Below, in pieces: positions 10,819-24,598 of a DNA stretch of 64,000 nucleotides. This DNA comes from Anthoceros angustus (taxonomy: Eukaryota; Plantae; Anthocerotophyta). Below the pieces are notes generated by a model that was not told where the DNA came from, did no database searches, and saw nothing but the letters and a program-made list of their open reading frames with translations. The first letter of the stretch is position 1; each line of letters opens with the position of its first letter. A program made the position numbers and the translations under genes. Location of the stretch: assembly GCA_010909165.1 (NCBI GenBank), contig MU008167.1, positions 1,302,001 through 1,366,000 on the forward strand. Direction: 5' to 3'.

Positions 10819-13800
10819 CTCATCTCTAATGTGTTGGCCTATGTCTGTTGGATAATTTTGGGACGGGGCCAACTTGCGAAAGTCGGCCCTACACCACCAC
10901 CTCTAAGCAGCATTGAAAGCGCGCACCTCTCCACGCAATCTAACCTGATCACTAGGTCCACTTGCGTCAGACGGGAGTGGCGCGCATTTGCCAAGCGTTG
11001 GCGATTATGGGAAGAGGACGGCTAGATGGCACACTGGTTGCCACCTGCCCGGTGGAGACGTTTACAAAATGCGGTGAACTGGAAGAGGCACCCGGATTTT
11101 GACAGCTTGCCCACGAAAGCCGTGGAAGCCGAAGCTGCAGGCAAGGAGCAGATGCTGAAGAGACCTAAGCAGAAGCTGCCGGCCCTTTCTGCTGCATCGC
11201 TCCCGGCTGGATCCAACATACCTTGAAAATGACAGACTATTTCAGAACGATATCCGGGCCATGCAAGAGGAAGGCGAGGACTACACTCACTTCTGTGACG
11301 TATGTGCTCTTCCAGCAAGCTTATGCATGTGTGGGACAGGCTGCAGCCGTGCCTTGCCTTCTTGCACAGTTGCATTTTTCTGTATTTTCCTGCTTAGTTT
11401 CATGTAGCTGCTCTCTCGGCTGCCTGCCTTGGGGGCACACTCCCTAAATGCTGCACACAACCAGGAGCATCTGAGGTTTCAGAACTATGAGATGTATAAT
11501 TCTCCTGGGGACCTGCTCAGGAAGTAAATAGCCGGTTTTATATGCACCAGCCAACCTCTACGGTGCACTACCATATGTGTTCCAGGCATGACAGGATGTG
11601 GTTGTTACGGGAACGTTCCAGACTTCATGCGGCAAATTATCCCACATCGGGGAACTCAGTAGCGTGCACACAATCCGGTATCATTTGGCCGGACCGTGCA
11701 AGTCTGTTCGTGGGTTAGTGGTCGTGCTCAGCCTCACGGCTGCAACCCACTCTATCTGCAAATTTTGGAATAGGGCTAGCTTTCGTGAGCCCTACGTTGC
11801 TACATATCTAATTTTGGAAGGGGCCAACTTGTTCAAGTCGGCCCTACACCACCGATGTTAAGCAGGATCGACAGTGCGCATATTCCAAGCATCTTGATTA
11901 CATTGCATGAGGTGTTAGTTGTTTGCTGATGCCGAGTTCCGATCCGTTTGTACACGTCCCTTGGCCAGGTTCAACCAGCAAATTTTCGCTTAACTGGAGC
12001 GGCCGTTACAGTTGTCGAAGGAGTCCAACCCCGTGCATAGCAGACAGGGCACAACGGTGAGAAAAAGAAATGACTACGGTACAGGGATCCCATTGCAAGG
12101 ACCCTTGTGGCTGAGGCCATGTCGAGGTTCCAGTCCTGGACCGTAAAGGGTTGAGAAGCTCACTCTGGGTCTTCATACTCAGGAACTGTTCTTCCATCCC
12201 TCGCACAGTGGTTATAACTTCCAATTGCGACGAGCATGATTGATCGCAGCGAGGGACGGTTAGGAATCGAAGGCACAAGCATCTGCCTTGAGCTAGCCCT
12301 TGCCGTAGGGATTCCGGGATTCGCAGTGGGAGCGCTCGGAGATTGTCGGGTTTGTGCAATTCAGTAGTGGGAGTATCGGTCAGAGGGTCGTACTTGATGG
12401 GCACTGTTGTAAGTTGGGAGTCTGGAAGCAGCGGATCCTGAGTTGGTTGGCTTTGGGTTGGACTGGATGAGGGTCCCAGCTGCCATGACAGGATGTGACG
12501 GGAACGTTTCTGACTTCATGTGGCAAATTATCCCACATTGGGGAACTCATTAGCGTGCACACAACCCGCTATCATATAATCCGTTTTCTGTTTGAATTGG
12601 TAGAAGGACAAGTTTTGGCTCAGCTCTCTAACTTGCCTTCTCTTATCATTTTCCAAATTTTGGAATGGGGCCAACTTGCGAAAGTCGGCCCTACACCACT
12701 ACCTCTAAGCATTGAAAGCGCGCACCTCTCCACGCAATCTAACCTGATCACTAGGTCCACTTGCGTCAGACGGGAGTGGCGCGCATTTGCCAAGCGTTGG
12801 CGATTATGGGAAGAGGACGGCTAGATGGCACACTGGTTGCCACCTGCCCGGTGGAGACGTTTACAAAATGCGGTGAACTGGAAGAGGCACCCCGGGATTT
12901 TGACAGCTTGCCCACGAAAGCCGTGGAAGCCGAAGCTGCAGGCAAGGAGCAGATGCTGAAGAGACCTAAGCAGAAGCTGCCGGCCCTTTCTGCTGCATCG
13001 CTCCCGGCTGGATCCAACATACCTTGAAAATGACAGACTATTTCAGAACGATATCCGGGCCATGCAAGAGGAAGGCGAGGACTACACTCACTTCTGTGAC
13101 GTATGTGCTCTTCCAGCAAGCTTATGCATGTGTGGGACAGGCTGCAGCCGTGCCTTGCCTTCTTGCACAGTTGCATTTTTCTGTATTTTCCTGCTTAGTT
13201 TCATGTAGCTGCTCTCTCGGCTGCCTGCCTTGGGGCACACTCCTAAATTCTGCACACAACCAGGAGCATCTGAGGTTTCAGAACTATGAGATGTATGATT
13301 CTCCTGGGGACCTGCTCAGGAAGTAAATAGCCGGTTTTATATGCACCAGCCAACCTCTACGGTGCACTACCATATGTGTTCCAGGCATGACAGGATGTGG
13401 TTGTTACGGAACGTTCCAGACTTCATGCGGCAAATTATCCCACATCGGGAACTCAGTAGCGTGCACACAATCCGGTATCATTTGGCCGGACCGTGCAAGT
13501 CTGTTCGTGGGTTAGTGGTCGTGCTCAGCCTCACGGCTGCAACCCACTCTATCTGCAAATTTTGGAATAGGGCTAGCTTTCGTGAGCCCTACGTTGCTAC
13601 ATATCTAATTTTGAAGGGGCCAACTTGTTCAAGTCGGCCTACACCACCGATGTTAAGCAGGATCGACAGTGCGCATATTCCAAGCATCTTGATTACATTG
13701 CATGAGACGTTTGTCGTCGCCGATGCTGAGTTCCGATTCGCTGCGATCTAGAGCAGCCGTTACAATTGTCGGAGGAGTCCAGCCACCTGCATAGCAGATA

Positions 13801-13849
13801 GGGCAGAACGGTGAGAAAAAGAACTGACTACGTTGCAGGGATCCTATGG

Positions 13850-14720
13850 GTTCGGACTTTGGGTCTCGTCCTTCTCTTAGTTGTTTTAATTGTCATCAAC
13901 CTGGGCATGTTGCTCAGTTTTGTCAATTTCCTGAAGTTCCTAATTTTCCGCCAAGTAAAGGTTATTGATGAGCCACAAAGTAATGTTCCTCCGTTATTTT
14001 GTTTGTCTACATAACTCTCTATGCTTGTCTTGTTGAGTGCTGCTGGTGGTGTAGATGATGTATGGCATATTGATTCCGTGCGCTCAATATAACACTAATA
14101 AGCAAGATTGGTTTTCGAATTTCAAATCAACGGATATATATTCGTGATAATTCCTCCTATCTCATTGAGGGTGGGAGATAGTGGTGTTGTGAAGTATGAT
14201 GGTTCTACTGCATATTTGCGTCATGTTCAGATATTCAGGTGTCTAGAAATATATTCGATGATTTCCGATATATTTTCTCGATGGGTTCAAAATGAATTTT
14301 CATCGATCGATTTTTCTTACATGACCGATCTCGGTGTTTGAACTTTTAAACAATATTATGAGCGTCTCATTGGTCGATGCTTAAAATCTTATGACAAATA
14401 ATGGTGGTGAAGATACTTCAACAAATTTTCAAACTTAATTATCTTCTTTGGTATTCAACATCATACTACTATTCCTTACTTACCGTAATAGAATGGTCGT
14501 GTAGAAATACAAAATAAAATTCTTGCTGGTGCTGTTTGTTGTATGTTATTTGGTATGAGTTTGGCTCCAATTTTTGGGTTGAAGCAGTTCGACAATGCTT
14601 ACATTATGAATAGGGTTGTTTATGATATTCTTATGGATTAAACTCTAGAGGCATTGTGGATCGGTGTTGTTCCTTCTTCAACAAATCTACATGTGTTTGG
14701 ATGTGACAAGAGAGCAACTC
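13850..14720 (+). mobile_element. Decayed Ty1/copia fragment (copy)
   Basis: Near-identical to ~1495-2350: zinc knuckle, WHIDS and integrase fragment. Confidence 0.85.
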
Positions 14721-14881
14721 CTAAGAGGATGTTGTCTTACCGCCATATTACAAATGCTTTAAATTTACTAGCACCAACAAATTGATAGAATATGTAAGGA
14801 CCATAACAAGAGCTTTATACATATATAACAACAAGATACAAGATACACAGAGTGCACAAAATTAGATGTGCAAAATACTAT

Positions 14882-15772
14882 TGTCTTACGGACCCTTATA
14901 AAGGTGGAGGACCTTCATGAGCTCGATGGTCTACCTTTGGACAAAGGGGTTGGCCTCCCCTTTCCAAAGGTCATGGCAAATTTTCAAACAGCGAGTTTCC
15001 ATCATCAAAGGTGTTGGCCACGCCATCTTTAGGACGATCATGATTCCTAGAAACGCAGACGGGCGCAGAGGTAAGTAGGTCCTTCTCTATCTCGGACGGC
15101 GATATCTTGGGGTGGTTGGGGTTATAGGGTAGATTAGTGCGGGGCACGCCCGACCGGTGCCCCGCTATGTGTTGTCCCTCACAATGCCGTGATACTAATC
15201 TGACTTGGGTTTAGTGTTTGATTAGCATTAATTAATCTAATTACTTATCTTTAAGTAAGTAATTAGTGTTAATTAATCTAAAGTGCTTATGTTAATTAAG
15301 CGTGATTAGTGTTAATTAATCTAATGTGCTTATGTTAATTAAGCATTGATTAGTGTTAATTAAACATGGTTAGCAATAGCTAAGTGGATAAGCTCAAGTA
15401 ATATGCTTTGGCATATTCCTTGCATATTATAGTGTATTCTTAGGATACAATAGCTGGATAAGCTCAAGTAATATGCTTTGGCATATTCCTTGCATATTAT
15501 AGTGTATTCTTAGGATATTTCGCATATGCCGATGCCAATAGGATATCTTAGAATATGCGCTGTGGTCTAGTATATATAGACCCTTCCATTGAGGACAAGC
15601 TCGGATCATAGCTTGTCCTCTAGATATGCAATGCAAGCGTTGTGAGGAGGCCAAAGCTATGACTCGAGCGATGTGTGAGGAATTTGCGTGTTGTTCTCGT
15701 GGGAGTGTGTTTGTGCCACGACGCGAGCTACTCCCTCCTGTTGTTACAAGCTATGATCCTGCAAAGGCGCTA
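14882..15772 (+). mobile_element. LTR-like block (copy)
   Basis: Copy of 2505-3403. Confidence 0.5.
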
Positions 15773-15839
15773 GATGCTAGGCGATGCTAGGCTTAGTGTG
15801 ATGCTAGGCGATGCTAGGCGATGCTAGGCGATGCTAGGC
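15773..15839 (+). repeat. GATGCTAGGC decamer tandem repeat (2+4 units)
   Basis: Read directly from the sequence. Confidence 0.95.
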
Positions 15840-15894
15840 GAGGCTACGCGAGGCGACGCCCGCCTTAAGCAAGTAGGCAAGGGACTCTCAAGTG

Positions 15895-16135
15895 TGCCCA
15901 AGGCTTGAGGCCCAGAGAGGGACCAAGCCCAAGGCCAAGGAGAGGAGGAGGAAGAAGCCTGCCCAAGGCCAAGGAGAGGAGGCAAAGAAGCCCAAGTCCA
16001 AGGCCAAGGAGAGGAGGCGAAGGCCCAAGTCCAAGGCCAAGGAGAGGAGGCGAAGAAGCCCAAGTCCAAGGCCAAGGAGAGGAGGCAAGAAGCCCAAGCC
16101 CAAGGCCAAGGAGAGGAGGCAAGAAGCCCTACCAA
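15895..16135 (+). repeat. KPK-type purine-rich repeat array
   Basis: Same motif as at 145-325. Confidence 0.85.
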
Positions 16136-16519
16136 GGAGAGGAATGAGGCTCCATAAGGGGGCTGGCCTTTTAAGGCCAACCAACCAAGGGAGAAACAAG
16201 AGTATTTTACTCTTGGGCCCAGGTTCCAAGGGATAAGGGAGGAGTGGATAGGCATGGGTATGTCATCAGCCCATTTTTTTATTTCACTTTCTGTCTAAAA
16301 CCCCTAATTGGTTGGCACCCCATCCAGGTATTGATCCCCCCCACGGGTGCTTAACTTTAGAGTTCTTATGTCTTTGCTGTCCAACTCACCCAGCTCTTTT
16401 GACAAACTATAGCCTGCAGAGTATTTGTATGCAATTTAAACATGCATAGATACTTAGAGGTTTCACTAATCACGATCTAAGATAGCGGGGTGTGTTAACC
16501 TTGATTAAGGGTTTGACCT

Positions 16520-18970
16520 AGTCACTAACCGCCTGGAGTGCATGCCTGGACACACTCGATCCGGACGGAGCTACCAACCAGCAAGTCCATCGGAGCAAAT
16601 TCGAAGTCCCGACCAAGAGGAGAAGTGCGAACACCTCGATTTTGGTACCACCGAAGGACGCGGAGGAACCCAGCGACACAATCAACAATCTTTGAAGGAT
16701 CTGTGAGTGGCAACACACAAGACACGTTAGTGCCGGACAACTCTGGAAGCGACATGAGGAGGACTTGTCTCTTGGAGTCGCCAAGATGGGAGGAGACAAG
16801 GATCGAATGGAGTTGTTCACAGACGAGCGGCACCTTGCCACCGGAGGACTTCATCGAGAAGTACGCGTGTGTGAGATGGAATTGAAGACCGGATACACGA
16901 AGCGATACGGCTTCATCCAAATGCCAAGTACTTGGGGATGAAGCATTGGCGTGCTATCGCGAGCACAAGGCGAGGCTGTTGAGCGGCACACCGGAGGACC
17001 AGTGAGTAGCATCAAGTCTGAGGAACCAGGCAGAGCAGTCACCGAGTGGGCACGATCCCATCAAGAGATGTTTGACATCCTACTGGAGTTTCCTGCAAGC
17101 ACGGATGAGAAGATCTCCGACACACTTCAAGATGAAGTCAGGCGAGACCGCGAAGATGGCTTACCGAAGAATCGACCAGTTGGTACGTGACACCAAGATC
17201 ATGAGTGACCGACTGGCTGCAGAGAAGTACTTGCAGGGCGCATGAAGGTGCAACAAGCACAAAGGGCAACACTACACCCTCAAGGAAGTGTACGAGATGG
17301 TGACAAGATAGGGCTCAGACTCGTGGTTGCTGCAAGTGATTACTCCAAAGACAAGTAGGAGTGGTGGACGACATGACCGACGCTGAGGTCGAGTGGAGGA
17401 GCTCGGCGAGACAAGCCAGCCCACAGCCCAAGTGACGAGCCTCGCGTGAGGTGCCGAGGGGCGGACCATTCCCTCATGAGTGCGAGCATGCATTCGGAGG
17501 AGTCAAGGGTGAGGAGCCATGCCCTAGGTGTGGAGGTACGGCACAATGAAGCGGCATGTTGGGAGAAGCATCCGAATTGCGGCCTACGGGTTATCGAGCA
17601 GCAACCCCGCCAATGCATCTGCGTCAACCTCATCCACAAAAGAAGAGCAAAGGCGCCGGAGGAGGCACTGCGAAGTCCCGTGGACAAAAGAAACGGGAAG
17701 CATCAAAGAAGACGATGGATGCTACGTGGCACGCCTTGCAAAGCTGGAGAAGTTGGAAGGCGAAGATCAAGGAGAGCAGCATCATCATCGAAGGACGAAG
17801 AAGATGAGCACAAGCTTGGATACATGGCGACTGTGACCAGATCCAAGGGCAAGGGGAAGAAACCTCTGGCAGCTACGAGAGAAGATAGCTCAGAGGAAGA
17901 AGAGGATGTCTTGACACCAGCAGTGCGGAAGACACGGAAGGAAGCTTCGGGATCCTCTTCCCGAACCTATGCCAAGATGCCAAAGTCGTTTGAGCCATTG
18001 CCAACAGGAGCAACTGTGGGAGCAACATCAAAGTCCAGAGTGGGCGATGTGGAGAAACCCATGCACAGATTGCTGACGGAGACGATGGCACAAAAGCTTC
18101 TGGAGATGCCATGTTTCAGCCTACAAGACATGGGGTTGAGCGTGAAGGAAGTCAGGGGTTTGACTCGGCGGATGTTGACAACCCTTGAAGACGAAGCAAG
18201 TGTCGACAATGTGCCACAACAGGTGGCAATGATGTCATTGCTGACTGAGCCAAGCATCTCGTGGAGAAGCGGAATGTCGCACGAGTGGGAGTGGCTTTGG
18301 TCAACAATCGGAGAGGCACATTGAAATCAATGGATTCGCACCAAGGAGGGTGTTGATTGACACCGAGCAGCCGGTGATCGTTGGAAGAAGAGTGAAGGAA
18401 GCGTTGGGTCTCCACCAAGAAAGGTTGAAGGAAACCAAGTGGAAGATCCAGACTGCACTGGGACCACGGAGCATGTGTTGGGGTGACAAGGTACAAGTCA
18501 AGGTTTCATTCAAACCAAGAACAACAGACTTCACCTTTGTCGAGGTACACCGCTGGTCACCGATGATACATTTGATGTCTTGCTGGGAGCGGACGCTTTG
18601 TACAAACCTGGAGTCATGGTGGATTTGTGGACGGAGACAGTCTACTATCGACCAGGCTGGAGAAGCTGGAGCAAAACCGATGAACGGATTGCCCGCATCC
18701 CTCTGCATGGCAAGGATCATGAGAACCTCATTGCCTTCTACCCAAAGGTTTGGCGTCAGAGTGAAGGACACGCCATACGTGCTTGAACCTCTTGGCGTGT
18801 CTAACAACCGCAATCGACGATGGAGGATTTCGACGAGGAGGAGGAAGACAAGCTAGGGTTGCAACCACCCTGAGGAGGTTCTTCAAGTCACCGACGGAGT
18901 GGATGCAAAGAATGAGCCGTGCAAAAGCTGTGGAGGATGGTGCAAGAGGACCAAGGTCCTATGAGCCGAG
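16520..18970 (+). mobile_element. Ty3/gypsy-like gag plus aspartic protease remnant; no RT, RNase H or integrase seen
   Basis: A frameshifted long coding region (MELFTGRAGTLPxEDFIEKY) followed by VLIDT[GA]QPVIVG at ~18350 and the retropepsin C-terminal motif FDVLLGADAL (clearest in the 27.7-kb copy). Confidence 0.7.
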
Positions 18971-20335
18971 AACTCTAAGTTCTGCCTAGGGTTGAGCCTG
19001 CTTGTGACCTAAACACCTGTGTCATCACATGGCGACTGGAAGACGGCATAGTGATGGTGGAACTCTTTGGAGGCATCATCGCTTGAAGCAAGCAAGAGTG
19101 GCATCAAAGTGCGAAGATACGTGCATTGCGACCCGGATCCAAAAGCAAGGATTGTGCCACGATGTGCGAGCTACTCCCTCCGTTGTTACAGTTGCACCTA
19201 TATATCTAGCGATTTGTTTGCTTGGTTGTTGGTCGAGGAAGTGCTTATATGAATTCAAGTGCTTACCTCGCGACATCCCCTTTCGCCTTGGGTAGATGGG
19301 ATTTCCATCTCGCTCCTTTTATAAAGTCTCCACATTCCCTTTGGACAATTTGTTCATCTCAAACCGGTCTTGTGCCTCTAAAGGAAAAAACTTGCCATAA
19401 GGAAAAGCCATGCTTAAGAGTCTCCAAAGTCATTGCCTTAAGATTTATTGTTCAATAAATCGTCTGGTTGTAGAAGTAGAAAACCTGATACACAACATTG
19501 AGGTGGCACCGAGTTGATCCGTGTGGTGTCATGAGAAGGGGAAAAGAAAAGTAGGGCTTCTCCCTTAATCCTCTTCGTACACCATATACAACACCGGGAT
19601 TAGCATATAAGTGTTTGCTACTAGAAATAAAGGAGAGAGACACACCCATGTGGAAAAGCAAAACGTTTTTGAGGGAGGAGAGATGATGGGGAGAGCCCAT
19701 CTAGCAGAGGCTGGCAGGCAGGCATATGTCACACCTACCGCTTGGAAAAAAGACTCCCCACTTTGATTGATCCGTACAGTTTTCATGTTTGGTGCGCCAA
19801 GTCTTGCAAACACGTTTCGATTCACTCCTGGACGTCTCACTTGCAGGAAGCGCGAGCGGCTGATGTACGTACATCCGCTGCCAAGTCCGGAGCAGCCAAG
19901 GAGCACTTGAGAGAAAGCGGCGAGCAGTTCTGAGCACAAGGAGCGAGTTCTGACTGATTGGTGTTCGCAGAAACAGACCAATTCTGTGAAAGCCAATTCG
20001 TGGTGGGTGGAAGCGGTTTCGAAAGTCTGTTCACGTCGGGAACAGGTTATGCAGTGCCTACACTTGACAGTTGCAGAAGGACTTGTCTAACGTCTAGAGA
20101 ACAAGTTTTGAAATGCCTCTCTCGTGCGAGTTCCTCTGAGAACTGGGAGAATATTGAATGGAGCAGCGTAGAGCTGGCTGGCAGGTCCCAATCTCCATTT
20201 GAGGGACGTGCATGAGCAGTCCTTTCGGATTTGTGCTCTGTAGCTACTAATACAAGGAAGAATGAAGAATGTTACACAGGTACATCCAGACGTTCTTGAC
20301 GAACACGCTGGAGGTGGTGTTGTTTTTCAGCGTTT

Positions 20336-21495
20336 TCAGCTTCCACGCTCCCACACTTTATAATCGGGCCCTCTAAGGCAAGCTTCCAGTTATGCCCCTG
20401 CGGCCAGTAGTCCCCAGGCCCGATCTTGACGACGAGGCGATCGTCGATGATAGCAGCGTAAAACTCCTTCCTAGCCTCGAGAATATCGGTGGAGCTCCTG
20501 GAGTGAATGTTGGCCTTCTTCCTCAAGGCGATGAGCTTCCGGATTGGCTCCCGCAGCGTAGGGTCTTTGATGTGGTCGTAGAAGACGGCAACATGGCCCG
20601 GGTGCGTGAGGATGTAAGCATAGCCCTGCAGCTCCTTCCCGGCCGGGAAGCGCCAGTGGCCCTGCGTGGATCCCGTGTCGTGGTTGTCGATGAAGGTAAC
20701 GGCCCGGGCGGACCACCATCCGAGCACCCCGGGGTTTGCGCTTGTTGTCCGTGAGCCGCCAGTACTCGCACCTCTCGATGGCCGCATGCAGAACGCCCTT
20801 GGTGGTGAAGTCGAAGGCGGCCGCCTTGTCCCCGTGGCGTTGATCCAGTTCACGATCCGCTGCCGGTGCGCGTTCTGGTTGAAATCAAGCTCCCGTTGCT
20901 GTAGGACATGCAGTCCCAGAACTCCCCTACGGAGAAGGCGGGCTGGCTGGCGTCGATGTATTCCTTCACATGCCCGCCCCAGAAGCCGCGGACGTAGTCG
21001 AACCTCCAGCCGTCGAAGCCGACCTCGGATTTCAGCCACTGCAGCCACTCGCAGAGATCCCGCCGGACGAAGTCCTGGAGTGGTCGATGTTCGGGGCGGC
21101 GTGGAAGTTCTCCCGCTGCTGTGGTTGCCCCGGCCTTGGAAGTTAGGGTCGTCGGAGACGATGGCCCGGTCGTTCCAGTTCATCTTCCCGCCGTACACAT
21201 TCCAGATGCCCCGGCTGTTCTGCGCCTGCGCGCAGCGGTGGTTCACCACGATGTCTGCCAGAACCTGGATGCCTACGCTGTGGAGCTTGGCGAGGGCTTC
21301 CTTCAGGTCGGCCAGGCTGCCGTACTTGGAGTCCAGGTTGTACAGGTCTGTTGGCATGTAACCCTCGGGAGCTACGGACTGGGATGGAGGGGAGCCAGAT
21401 GGAAGTGAACCCAAATCCGACCAGGTCGTCTGCTTGGGATGCGATGGTCTTGTACCAGTTGTCTGATTTGTGGGACTCCCAGTTGAAGCCTTGGA
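20336..21495 (-). pseudogene. 5'-truncated alpha-amylase duplicate, complete catalytic domain from QGFNW to stop
   Basis: SVAPEGYMPTDLYNLDSKYGS, ADIVVNHRCA, GWRFDYVRG, GEFWD and FIDNHDTGS motifs. The junction with non-amylase sequence at 21495 is identical to the one at 10818. Confidence 0.9.
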
Positions 21496-23570
21496 CTCAT
21501 CTCTAATGTGTTGGCCTATGTCTGTTGGATAATTTTGGGACGGGGCCAACTTGCCATAGTCGGCCCTACACCACAAATTCGAAGCAGCATAAAGAGTGCG
21601 GACATTCCAGGACTCTTGCATGAGGTGTTAGTTGTTTGCTGATGCCGAGTTCCGATCCGTTTGTACACGTCCCTTGGCCAGGTTCAACCAGCAAATTTTC
21701 GCTTAACTGGAGCGGCCGTTACAGTTGTCGAAGGAGTCCAACCCCGTGCATAGCAGACAGGGCACAACGGTGAGAAAAAGAAATGACTACGGTACAGGGA
21801 TCCCATTGCAAGGACCCTTGTGGCTGAGGCCATGTCGAGGTTCCAGTCCTGGACCGTAAAGGGTTGAGAAGCTCACTCTGGGTCTTCATACTCAGGAACT
21901 GTTCTTCCATCCCTCGCACAGTGGTTATAACTTCCAATTGCGACGAGCATGATTGATCGCAGCGAGGGACGGTTAGGAATCGAAGGCACAAGCATCTGCC
22001 TTGAGCTAGCCCTTGCCGTAGGGATTCCGGGATCTGCAGTGGGAGCGCTCGGAGATTGTCGGGTTTGTGCAATTCAGTAGTGGGAGTATCGGTCAGAGAG
22101 GGTCGTACTTGATGGGCACTGTTGTAAGTTGGGAGTCTGGAAGCAGCGGATCCTGAGTTGGTTGGCTTTGGGTTGGACTGGATGAGGGTCCCAGCTGCCA
22201 TGACAGGATGTGACGGGAACGTTTCTGACTTCATGTGGCAAATTATCCCACATTGGGAACTCATTAGCGTGCACACAACCCGCTATCATATAATCCGTTT
22301 TCTGTTTGGAATTGGTAGAAGGACAAGTTTTGGCTCAGCTCTCTAACTTGCCTTCTCTTATCATTTTTCCAAATTTTGGAATGGGGCCAACTTGCGAAAG
22401 TCGGCCCTACACCACTTACCTCTAAGCAGCATTGAAAGCGCGCACCTCTCCACGCAATCTAACCTGATCACTAGGTCCATTTGCGTCAGACGGGAGTGGC
22501 GCGCATTTGCCAAGCGTTGGCGATTATAGGAAGAGGACGGCTAGATGGCACACTGGTTGCCACCTGCCCGGTGGAGACGTTTACAAAATGCGGTGAACTG
22601 GAAGAGGCACCCCGGGATTTTGACAGCTTGCCCACGAAAGCCGTGGAAGCCGAAGCTGCAGGCAAGGAGCAGATGCTGAAGAGACCTAAGCAGAAGCTGC
22701 CGGCCCTTTCTGCTGCATCGCTCCCGGCTGGATCCAACATACCTTGAAAATGACAGACTATTTCAGAACGATATCCGGGCCATGCAAGAGGAAGGCGAGG
22801 ACTACACTCACTTCTGTGACGTATGTGCTCTTCCAGCAAGCTTATGCATGTGTGGGACAGGCTGCAGCCGTGCCTTGCCTTCTTGCACAGTTGCATTTTT
22901 CTGTATTTTCCTGCTTAGTTTCATGTAGCTGCTCTCTCGGCTGCCTGCCTTGGGGCACACTCCTAAATTCTGCACACAACCAGGAGCATCTGAGGTTTCA
23001 GAACTATGAGATGTATGATTCTCCTGGGGACCTGCTCAGGAAGTAAATAGCCGGTTTTATATGCACCAGCCAACCTCTACGGTGCACTACCATATGTGTT
23101 CCAGGCATGACAGGATGTGGTTGTTACGGGAACGTTCCAGACTTCATGCGGCAAATTATCCCACATCGGGGAACTCAGTAGCGTGCACACAATCCGGTAT
23201 CATTTGGCCGGACCGTGCAAGTCTGTTCGTGGGTTAGTGGTCGTGCTCAGCCTCACGGCTGCAACCCACTCTATCTGCAAATTTTGGAATAGGGCTAGCT
23301 TTCGTGAGCCCTACGTTGCTACATATCTAATTTTGGAAGGGGCCAACTTGTTCAAGTCGGCCCTACACCACCGATGTTAAGCAGGATCGACAGTGCGCAT
23401 ATTCCAAGCATCTTGATTACATTGCATGAGACGTTTGTCGTCGCCGATGCTGAGTTCCGATTCGCTGCGATCTAGAGCAGCCGTTACAATTGTCGGAGGA
23501 GTCCAGCCACCTGCATAGCAGATAGGGCAGAACGGTGAGAAAAAGAACTGACTACGTTGCAGGGATCCTA
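21496..23570. repeat. Block of three diverged ~0.9-kb paralogous segments of unknown origin (contains the PPR fragment); also present at 10.8-13.85 kb
   Basis: Shared motif aattttgg..ggggccaacttg....agtcggccctacaccac at ~21535, 22380 and 23340. 22190-22290 resembles 23100-23200, and 21715-21810 resembles 23480-23570. Confidence 0.8.
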
Positions 23571-24440
23571 TGGGTTCGGACTTTGGGTCTCGTCCTTCTC
23601 TTAGTTGTTTTAATTGTCATCAACCTGGGCATGTTGCTCAGTTTTGTCAATTTCCTGAAGTTCTAATTTTCCGCCAAGTAAAGGGTTATTGATGAGCCAC
23701 AAAGTAATGTTCCTCCGTTATTTTGTTTGTCTACATAACTCTCTATGCTTGTCTTGTTGAGTGCTGCTGGTGGTGTAGATGATGTATGGCATATTGATTC
23801 GTGCGGCTCAATATAACACTAATAAGCAAGATTGGTTTTCGAATTTTCAAATCAACGGATATATATTCGTGATAATTCCTCCTATCTCATTGAGGGGTGG
23901 GAGATAGTGGTGTTGTGAAGTATGATGGTTCTACTGCATATTTGCGTCATGTTCAGATATATTGGTCTCTAGAAATATATTCGATGATTTCGATATATTT
24001 TCTCGATGGGTTCAAAATGAATTTTCATCGATCGATTTTTCTTACATGACCGATCTCGGTGTTTGAACTTTTAAACAATATTATGAGCGTCTCATTGGTC
24101 GGATGCTTAAAATCTTGCGTACAAAATAATGGTGGTGAAGATACTTCAACAAATTTCAAACTTAATTATCTTCTTTGGTATTCAACATCATACTACTATT
24201 CCTTACTTACCGTAATAGAATGGTCGTAGAAATACAAAATAAAATTCTTGCTGGTGCTGTTTGTTGTATGTTATTTGGTATGAGTTTGGCTCCAATTTTT
24301 GGGTTGAAAAACAAAAATTGCCATTATGAATAGGGTTGTTTATGATATTCTTATGGATTAAACTCTAGAGGCATTGTGGACTGGTGTTCCTTCTTCAACA
24401 AATCTACATGTGTTTGGATGTGACAAGAGAGCAACTCCTA
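23570..24440 (+). mobile_element. Decayed Ty1/copia fragment (copy)
   Basis: Near-identical to 13850-14720. Confidence 0.85.
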
Positions 24441-24598
24441 AGAGGATGTTGTCTTACCGTCATATTACAAATGCTTTAAATTTACTAGCACCAACAAATT
24501 GATAGAATATGTAAGGACCATAACAAGAGCTTTATACATATATAACAACAAGATACAAGATACACAGAGTGCACAAAATTAGATGTGCAAAATACTAT

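Noticed and set aside
10866-10910. Hairpins as Helitron 3' termini
   Set aside because: No consistent CTRR followed by T at the expected distance on either strand, and no matching TC 5' end was found.
19099-19110. TGGCATCAAAGT as a tRNA-Met primer-binding site
   Set aside because: It is an imperfect match, lies downstream of gag-protease, and has no LTR end directly before it.
20272-21621. 449-aa ORF as a novel chimeric amylase protein
   Set aside because: It drifts in and out of the amylase frame through 1-bp homopolymer deficits. The true QGFNW frame has a TGA immediately upstream.
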